DNA from: Clostridia bacterium
Lineage (GTDB): Bacteria > Bacillota > Clostridia > Christensenellales > Aristaeellaceae
Assembly: GCA_045599485.1 (NCBI GenBank)
Contig: JAZRWA010000089.1
Coordinates: forward strand, 1 to 12,495
Direction of reading: 5' to 3'
Length of the DNA: 12,495 nt
The notes below the pieces were generated by a model. The model worked only from the letters and a program-made list of their open reading frames with translations. It was not told the DNA's origin and did no database searches. The position numbers were made by a program, and so were the translations under genes. Shown here piece after piece: positions 7,295 through 12,495 of this stretch; within the stretch, counting starts at the first letter, position 1; the number at the start of each line of letters is the position of its first letter.

Positions 7295-8371
7295 TCAGTT
7301 GAGACGATCGAGATAAGTGGTGACCTTGGCGGCGGAGATCCATTCATTGACCGCTGCATTGTAGGCAGCATCCTGCGCCGCGGCGAGCATTGAATCGGAA
7401 AGCTGAGTACGGGCGAAGTCCAGATCGGCCGTGGCTTCAGCAACATCGTCCACATACTGCACGAGCACAGCCGCGTTTTCGGTCTCCACCACGGGGGAGA
7501 CAGTCCCCCTCTCGGTAAGAGCCATGGCGGCGTTCACAATGGCTGCGTTCACATCGGTGCTGCCATTGGTGACGACATAGGAAACGGGAGCATCGGACAA
7601 AGCATCGAAGGATTCGCCGGCGGCAACACGTGCAGCCAGTGCATCGGCATCCTCTTTGGCAACGGAAATGACCTTGATGCTGCGGTAACCGGCGGGGGTG
7701 TAATAGGTGAGCTCACCTGCGTTGGCGGCTTTGCCGTACGCGGCGGGGTCAGCTTCGTAGGCGGCCTTTTCGGCGGCAACTTTTTCATCAAGGGCGGCCT
7801 GCAGATCAACATCGCTGACGGTCACGTTTTCGGTTACTGCAGCCTTGAGCAGGTTAAGGGACTTGGTGCCCTTGACAGTTGTGAGGTAATAATCAAGCGT
7901 ATAGCCGCTCTGATCAGCTGTGGTCTTGACGGCTTTGTCGAGGGCTTCACCGGTCAGCTCGGAGGAGGCAAAATCGCTGGCTTTGATGGATTCGAGCATG
8001 GAATCATAGGAAGCCTGCGCCTCGGCCGCGATGGCGGCTTCATCTTCGGCAGAGAACTGATCGAAGCCTTTTTCGCTGATCTTCTGAGCCAGTACCATGC
8101 TCTGAATGAAACCGCTTACGGTCTCGTTCAGCACAGCGGTCTCGTCAACGGTGCCGTCGCCGCCAAGCTGAGACATCAGCTGGGCGTAGTAGGATTCGAC
8201 ATAATAGTTATAGTTATACTGATAGTTGAATTCGTTCTTGGTGACGATTTCGCCGTTGACTTCCAGAATGGTCTGCATGCCATCCACAACACTGTCGATT
8301 TTTTCGAGAGAGCAACCGGAGAGCAGAACCAGAGCCGCAAGTACGACGGCAAGCAACATTTTCTTGTTCAT
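7295..8371 (-). CDS. PrsA/SurA-like lipoprotein (foldase/chaperone-like; SurA N-terminal-type domain)
   Basis: MNKKMLLAVVLAALVLLSGCS is a signal peptide with the lipobox LSGC. The body is Ala/Glu-rich and helical with a parvulin-like central segment (YYTPAGYRSIKVISV). I place the start at ATG 8371. TGA stop. Confidence 0.65.
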   Translation of the reverse strand: MNKKMLLAVVLAALVLLSGCSLEKIDSVVDGMQTILEVNGEIVTKNEFNYQYNYNYYVESYYAQLMSQLGGDGTVDETAVLNETVSGFIQSMVLAQKISEKGFDQFSAEDEAAIAAEAQASYDSMLESIKASDFASSELTGEALDKAVKTTADQSGYTLDYYLTTVKGTKSLNLLKAAVTENVTVSDVDLQAALDEKVAAEKAAYEADPAAYGKAANAGELTYYTPAGYRSIKVISVAKEDADALAARVAAGESFDALSDAPVSYVVTNGSTDVNAAIVNAAMALTERGTVSPVVETENAAVLVQYVDDVAEATADLDFARTQLSDSMLAAAQDAAYNAAVNEWISAAKVTTYLDRLN

Positions 8372-8405
8372 GTTACATGTACTCCAATCTGTGATTTGCG
8401 TGTTT

Positions 8406-8434
8406 ATTATAGTTGATTCGGAAGAGCATATCAA
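8406..8434 (-). promoter_or_regulatory. Candidate sigma-A promoter for the lipoprotein gene
   Basis: On the minus strand: TTGATA (8434-8429), a 17-nt spacer, then TATAAT (8411-8406). It lies about 35 nt upstream of ATG 8371. Confidence 0.5.
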
Positions 8435-9321
8435 GATAATTTTTTGTGAACATATTCGCGCAGCAGACCATCACAGTTGGTTCGTTCGGAAACGATCAGC
8501 TATGACAGGTGGAGGAAGTCCATCACTGCGCAAAGGATTGCAAGCCCGGTTGGGAGAATGTTGCCGCGTCCCTTCGGGCAGCCGGGAATCATTTCACGTT
8601 CCAAAGGCGTGAGAGGAGCGATCTGCGTCAGAAGCTGCCTTACCTGGTCGCGGTGAAGATGAACTCCTTCAGCAGCATCGGTACGGGCAATCATCCTTGC
8701 GGATGCCGTTCCGGTGCCACCGACAAGGTATACGGCAGAACCCGCAGGAAAGGAGGCGGGCACAGAGGGCTCGTTCATGATGATATTACGCGCAGCCGCA
8801 AGGGCTTTTTGGACATCGGCGGCTTCGTGGATCGGGCAGACTGAAAATAGCCGGGAAGCTCCCAACTGCAGAGAAAGACATCGGGGGTGCATGTCGGTAT
8901 CGTAGTAAGCCAGTTCGGTGGATCCGCCGCCGATATCGATCACGGCACCGGGGGCATACCCTGCTGATCCGAGCAGGGAAAAACGGGCTTCTTCCGCACC
9001 GGAGATGATCTGGAGAGGGAGCCCGCAGGCAGAAAAAATGGCGTGGGCGAGAGCATCGGAGTTTTCGGCGTCGCGGACAGCGCTTGTGGCGTAAACACCA
9101 ATCAACACGGAATGCTCCTGCGCGGCGATGGCTTGAAGACGACGGATATCCTCCGCGGTTTGCTCAATCGTTTCCTGCGGAAAACGGCGGCTTTGGCTCA
9201 AATGAAGGAAGAGACGGGATTCGATACGATGACGGGTTGGATTGCTGAGGGAAGTGTCGGTATCCGCGCAGAGCATACGCGCCGAATTGGAACCGATAAC
9301 GATGACGGCGATCCTGTTCAT
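8431..9321 (-). CDS. Ppx/GppA-family phosphatase (exopolyphosphatase / pppGpp phosphohydrolase-like); in-frame TAG at 8500-8502
   Basis: IGSNSARM and DIGGGSTEL are ASKHA-fold phosphate-binding motifs. ORF 8500-9321 stops at TAG, and the frame then continues for 22 codons (LIVSERTNCDGLLREYVHKKLS) to TGA at 8431-8433. This gives a typical length of about 296 aa and a GLLxE-like domain end. Confidence 0.78.
8500..8502 (-). other. In-frame TAG inside the ppx/gppA-like gene (candidate sense codon)
   Basis: Minus strand CTG TCA TAG CTG ATC, followed by 22 further sense codons and then TGA. Confidence 0.7.
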
Positions 9322-9671
9322 AGCTGATCACTTTCTACGACATACATTTCAACCGTCTGCGTGCTGTCGCCAAGCGCCTACGGGTTGGCGATGATAAAAC
9401 GAATTTCTCCGGGAACACTGTAACCATACATTTCACGGGCTTTGGTCATGATGTATTCGGTGGTCTGCAGGATGGAGACCTCGGCGGAAAGCTGACGGGC
9501 TTCCAGCGTTTGTTTCGCGCTGCGCTATTGTAGCGACGCGTATTCCTGCTGCATGGCGGCGGAGTCGCGGTGGACGCGGATGATCATGAGCAAGCCGATG
9601 GCAAAAATGACAGACAGAACACAGACTGCGAAAAGCGGAGATACGGTTTTTTGTTTCAGTCGTTCGGCCAT
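9318..9671 (-). CDS. Septum formation initiator (FtsB/DivIC family) protein; two in-frame TAGs at 9525-9527 and 9378-9380
   Basis: Absent from the ORF track because the TAGs cut it into pieces shorter than 60 aa. My manual translation is MAERLKQKTVSPLFAVCVLSVIFAIGLLMIIRVHRDSAAMQQEYASLQ-TAG-RSAKQTLEARQLSAEVSILQTTEYIMTKAREMYGYSVPGEIRFIIANP-TAG-ALGDSTQTVEMYVVESDQL-TGA. It has the expected TM helix, coiled coil and ARExxGYxxPGE motif. A GGAGGA RBS precedes ATG 9671. The TGA overlaps the ppx ATG as ATGA. Confidence 0.65.
9378..9380 (-). other. Second TAG in the divIC/ftsB-like gene (a stop under the standard code; if sense, a 19-codon tail follows)
   Basis: Minus strand AAC CCG TAG GCG CTT; the frame stays open to a TGA that forms an ATGA overlap with the ppx start. 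Confidence 0.5.
9525..9527 (-). other. In-frame TAG inside the divIC/ftsB-like coiled coil (candidate sense codon)
   Basis: Minus strand CTA CAA TAG CGC AGC; the conserved ARExxGYxxPGE motif lies downstream in the same frame. Confidence 0.75.
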
Positions 9672-9698
9672 AGATTCCTCCGGAAGGGATAGAAAGCC

Positions 9699-10193
9699 TT
9701 ATTCATGGACGGTTTCGGCTTCTTCAAAATCGGGATCGGCAGGGGGGAGCTTGTCGCATACCATGAAGAGGGCATCTTCACCGTTGTCCTCGTAATATTT
9801 TTTTCGTACTCCTACCTGAATGAAGCCCAGAGAGGTGTATACATGCTGTGCGGTCAGATTACTGCGCCGTACCTCAAGCGTCATATAAACCACGCCGAGA
9901 TTGGCGGCGTACTGAATGAGCGCGGCTGTCAGCTGCTTGCCGAAACCGTGGCCGCGGTATTCCTCTTTGATGGCAATGTTGGTGATATGGCCTTCGTCAA
10001 TCACGACCCAAACGCCGGCAAAGCCGATGATGTTTCCATCAAGCTCAGCAACCAGATAGCGTGCACAGGCGTTGCGCGTCATCTCGTCTTGAAAAGAACG
10101 GAGCGACCAGGGCATCGCAAACGTAGCGGCCTCGATCGCCTGAACGGCTTCACAATCCTCATAAGTCATGCGGCGGATGGTAATGTCACTCAT
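9699..10193 (-). CDS. rimI: Ribosomal-protein-alanine N-acetyltransferase RimI (GNAT)
   Basis: GNAT fold with the acetyl-CoA motif RGHGFGKQL. It sits in the conserved tsaE-tsaB-rimI arrangement and overlaps the tsaB stop by 8 nt. TAA stop. Confidence 0.82.
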   Translation of the reverse strand: MSDITIRRMTYEDCEAVQAIEAATFAMPWSLRSFQDEMTRNACARYLVAELDGNIIGFAGVWVVIDEGHITNIAIKEEYRGHGFGKQLTAALIQYAANLGVVYMTLEVRRSNLTAQHVYTSLGFIQVGVRKKYYEDNGEDALFMVCDKLPPADPDFEEAETVHE

Positions 10194-10881
10194 GCTTCAT
10201 GGCCTCCCGGGCGGCACGCTCCCGCTCTGCCTGCGGCGGACGCAGATAGACAGGCTGCAGGGAAAGATAATCAACGGCTTCATCAGCATGCCGCAAGGCA
10301 AGGGAAGCGGATGCGGCGGAGCGCAGATAGGTGTTCTGCATCGAAGCGAAAAGAGCCTTTTTACCAAACAGTTCCGTCAGTCTTTCATGATAAGCGACAG
10401 CACCGTCTCCGGTGAACAGGAAGGGGCCGCCAAAGGTGCGGACCAGATCGGCATATTCCTCCAGTTTCATGGCACTGTCGGGCATCAGTCGTTCACCGTT
10501 CAGGAAGGCAGCACCGTATACCTGTCCGACACGTGCATCCTGCAGGGGGCAGATCATCATACCGGGAGCATCGATACCGCAGGCGGTGACTTCGAGCGAA
10601 GAGAGGGCAAGGCAGGGAAGATTGAGCGCATGTGCCATGGCTTTGACGGCGGAAACGCCGATGCGGATGCCGGTAAAGGAACCGGGCCCTGCGGTTACCG
10701 CCAGCAGATTGAGCTGCTGAAGCGTAACGCCGGAGCGGCAAAGTGCCTCTTCGACCATGGGCATAATGCTTTCGGAGTGCTTCAGCTGATTGGCGGCGCA
10801 GGCTTCGTAACGGATGCGGTTTTCATCAGCGACGGCAACAGAGGCAACAGGACCGGAAGTATCAAGAGCGAGAACGATCAT
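10186..10881 (-). CDS. tsaB: tRNA t6A37 biosynthesis protein TsaB (YeaZ)
   Basis: MIVLALDTSG and TAGPGSFTGIRIGVSAVKAMA motifs. The ATG at 10881 overlaps the tsaE TGA (ATGA). TGA stop. Confidence 0.88.
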   Translation of the reverse strand: MIVLALDTSGPVASVAVADENRIRYEACAANQLKHSESIMPMVEEALCRSGVTLQQLNLLAVTAGPGSFTGIRIGVSAVKAMAHALNLPCLALSSLEVTACGIDAPGMMICPLQDARVGQVYGAAFLNGERLMPDSAMKLEEYADLVRTFGGPFLFTGDGAVAYHERLTELFGKKALFASMQNTYLRSAASASLALRHADEAVDYLSLQPVYLRPPQAERERAAREAMKHE

Positions 10882-11312
10882 GCGTGTAACTCCTCCCATC
10901 TGCCGCGAGGCAGGAAGGTGATTTCCCGCCGGGAATCATCCAGCGGTCGGATGGAAATTTCAAGACAGGTTTCGGGAATGAGATAACCGGCACGTTCATG
11001 CCATTCGATCAGGGCGATGCCATCACCGCCGAGGTATTCATCCAGCCCCATATCGGTCAGTTCACTGGGGTCGCCGATGCGATACCAGTCGAAATGATAA
11101 AGCGGTACACGTCCTTCTTCATACACGTTCATGATGGTGAAGCTCGGGCTGGGAACGGCACAGGTAATGCCGAGACCGCGGGCGATGCCTCGGGCCAGTT
11201 CGCTCTTCCCTGCTCCAAGGTCGCCTGTCAGCAGAATGACATCGCCGGCATGCAGGGAGGTGGTGAGCGCGGTGCCAAGAGCCTGGGTTTCTTCTCTTGA
11301 GGTTGTGATCAT
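10878..11312 (-). CDS. tsaE: tRNA t6A37 biosynthesis ATPase TsaE (YjeE)
   Basis: Walker A GDLGAGKS, then SPSFTIMNVY and HFDWYR motifs. 144 aa, TGA stop. Confidence 0.9.
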   Translation of the reverse strand: MITTSREETQALGTALTTSLHAGDVILLTGDLGAGKSELARGIARGLGITCAVPSPSFTIMNVYEEGRVPLYHFDWYRIGDPSELTDMGLDEYLGGDGIALIEWHERAGYLIPETCLEISIRPLDDSRREITFLPRGRWEELHA

Positions 11313-11324
11313 GCAGATGAATCC

Positions 11325-12077
11325 TTATTCGCCCGGGAACATTTGGGCGAGACCTTTCTGAATACCGGTATCCCAGAACCACCAGTCATGGACGCCGTCC
11401 CACTCCTCGTAGCTGCAGGGAATGTTTTTGGTATGGAAAAAATCATGGAGCTTGCGGGACATGCGGAGCAATCCGTCCTCGGTACCGCAGGCCATATAGA
11501 GCTTTGGCAGCTTCTTTCCTCCCGCAAGGGCTTTTTCGGTGAGCTTTTCGATGTCGTTTTCTTCACCGAAGGGCAGTTCGGGACCGAGAATGGCCCTCCA
11601 TTCATCCTGCTATGAACCTGCGACATCGTCGCGCCAAAGGCTGCGATCCATGGGATAGAAGCAGGAAGAGAGAGCGATGCATCCGGCATATTTATCCGGG
11701 GCTGTGGCGACACATTTCATGGCACCATAACCGCCCATGGAAAGACCGCCGATATACAGGTGCTCGGGATCGGTCGGAATGCGGAATTCCGCGGCCATCT
11801 TGGCGGGAAGCTCTTCAAAAACATAAGTGAAGTATTTAAGACCGTAGGCCATATCGATGTACCAGGAACGCTGCACCTACGGCATGACGACAGCAAGACG
11901 ATATTTATCAGTCAGACGACCGATGGCAGTACGGCGGACCCAGGCATCGCAGTTATCACTGAGACCATGCAGCAAAAGAAGGGTACGCTCAGGTGCGGCA
12001 TGGTCGGGAAGAAGAACATTGACGTGTGTATACATGGACAGACTGTCTGCCCGAATGGTTCCGTGATAAAAAGACAT
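11325..12077 (-). CDS. Esterase-family alpha/beta hydrolase (esterase D / tributyrin esterase-like); two in-frame TAGs at 11877-11879 and 11610-11612
   Basis: Three contiguous same-frame segments. Segment 1: MSFYHG...LLLLHGLSDN...AVVMP. Segment 2: VQRSWYIDM...GGLSMGGYGA, containing the GxSxG nucleophile. Segment 3 is my manual translation: QDEWRAILGPELPFGEENDIEKLTEKALAGGKKLPKLYMACGTEDGLLRMSRKLHDFFHTKNIPCSYEEWDGVHDWWFWDTGIQKGLAQMFPGE, carrying the candidate catalytic Asp and His. A GAGGTG RBS precedes ATG 12077. TAA stop at 11325-11327. Confidence 0.8.
11610..11612 (-). other. Second in-frame TAG inside the esterase gene (candidate sense codon)
   Basis: Minus strand GGT TCA TAG CAG GAT; the candidate catalytic Asp and His segments lie downstream in the same frame. 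Confidence 0.8.
11877..11879 (-). other. In-frame TAG inside the esterase gene (candidate sense codon)
   Basis: Minus strand ATG CCG TAG GTG CAG; it lies within the conserved VVMP-x-xxRSWYxDM block. Confidence 0.8.
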
Positions 12078-12129
12078 GGTATTCACCTCTGCCTGACAAT
12101 TTGATGATCGATCCTGTCCGGCTCCTCTA

Positions 12130-12158
12130 ATTGTAGAGAAACAAGGGGAGAATGTCAA
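12130..12158 (-). promoter_or_regulatory. Candidate sigma-A promoter for the esterase-tsaE-tsaB-rimI operon
   Basis: On the minus strand: TTGACA (12158-12153), a 17-nt spacer, then TACAAT (12135-12130), with A/T-rich sequence upstream. It lies about 50 nt upstream of ATG 12077. Confidence 0.6.
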
Positions 12159-12198
12159 TCAAAAATTGCTTTGGGTGAATACCATGCCGTGGGTAAGA

Positions 12199-12495
12199 TC
12201 AGGTTGAAATGTGAATGCGGCTTTGACGGTCGCGGGAGGGGAGAAGGATGATCTCTCCGTTCGAAAGGGTTTGCGGTATATCGATGAGCCGTTGATTGGA
12301 GGAGCCGCGGAACCAAAGGGAAGGATCCTTCAGGGCTTCGACATAACGACCATCTACCAAAACATTCAGCAGGGATAAAAGCGCGTCCGTGACCTCGGTG
12401 CGGGCGTGATGGCCTTCCGTGTGGAGCTGTTCCCATGTAAAGCCCGTATAGCACCAGACATCCTTCTGCGGGAAAGCGGCGCGTACTTTTTGCAC
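12199..12495 (-). CDS. nrdG: Anaerobic ribonucleoside-triphosphate reductase activating protein NrdG, C-terminal part (5' end outside the window)
   Basis: DVWCYTGFTWEQL, LLNVLVDGRYV and FRGSSNQRLID match the NrdG C-terminal region. TGA stop at 12199-12201. The leading M in the ORF track is an artefact of the window edge. Confidence 0.78.
   Translation of the reverse strand: MQKVRAAFPQKDVWCYTGFTWEQLHTEGHHARTEVTDALLSLLNVLVDGRYVEALKDPSLWFRGSSNQRLIDIPQTLSNGEIILLPSRDRQSRIHIST

Noticed and set aside
9705-10986. Plus-strand ORFs 9705-10415 and 10168-10986, antisense to rimI and tsaB.
   Set aside because: The opposite strand encodes unmistakable RimI and TsaB motifs. These ORFs are Arg/Gly/Ala-rich shadow frames.
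494-11879. Sequencing or assembly errors creating the stops.
   Set aside because: Typical errors produce indels or random substitutions. Eight independent changes all yielding TAG in frame is not an error signature. Only the reads can exclude this fully.
494-11879. Pyrrolysine insertion directed by a PYLIS-like downstream structure at each TAG.
   Set aside because: I could not see a shared sequence or hairpin downstream of the eight TAGs, and the host genes are not methylamine methyltransferases. Genome-wide Pyl decoding is not excluded; it simply cannot be supported from this window.
2-12077. Interpreting the split rsmH, RsmF-like, ppx-like, divIC-like and esterase genes as pseudogenes in a decaying genome.
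   Set aside because: Every interruption is TAG, never TAA or TGA. There are no frameshifts or indels. The sequence after each TAG keeps family-conserved motifs, RBSs and promoters are intact, and the genes are tightly packed and translationally coupled. Decay should give mixed lesion types.
1-12495. Origin from a stop-codon-recoded phage (amber-to-Gln type code).
   Set aside because: The gene content is purely cellular housekeeping: rsmH, rsmI, coaX, cdaA/cdaR, tsaB/tsaE/rimI, divIC and nrdG. There are no structural, replication or lysis genes, integrases or attachment-site repeats.

Overview
This is a bacterial chromosomal segment made entirely of housekeeping genes, with gene content typical of Bacillota/Clostridia. 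A plus-strand block carries rsmH (5'-truncated), rsmI, coaX and an HExxH protein. It converges on a long minus-strand block: nrdG (partial), esterase-tsaE-tsaB-rimI-divIC/ftsB-like-ppx/gppA-like, a PrsA/SurA-like lipoprotein, and cdaA-cdaR-membrane protein-RsmF-like methyltransferase. I saw no mobile elements, CRISPR arrays, rRNA or tRNA genes. The main result is that TAG does not behave as a stop codon here. Five conserved genes (rsmH, the RsmF-like gene, ppx-like, divIC-like, esterase) are each cut by in-frame TAG codons, seven in total, and the same frame continues into recognisable conserved sequence after six of them. The eighth TAG, at the end of cdaA, is followed by TGA six codons later. 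No in-frame TAA or TGA and no frameshift occurs in any gene. With TAG read as sense, all 16 genes end in TAA (8) or TGA (8) and none needs TAG to terminate. I interpret this as genome-wide reassignment of the amber codon in a free-living-type bacterium. That matches none of the standard bacterial translation tables I know (11, 4, 25). The inserted amino acid, the suppressor tRNA and the release factor status cannot be determined from this window.
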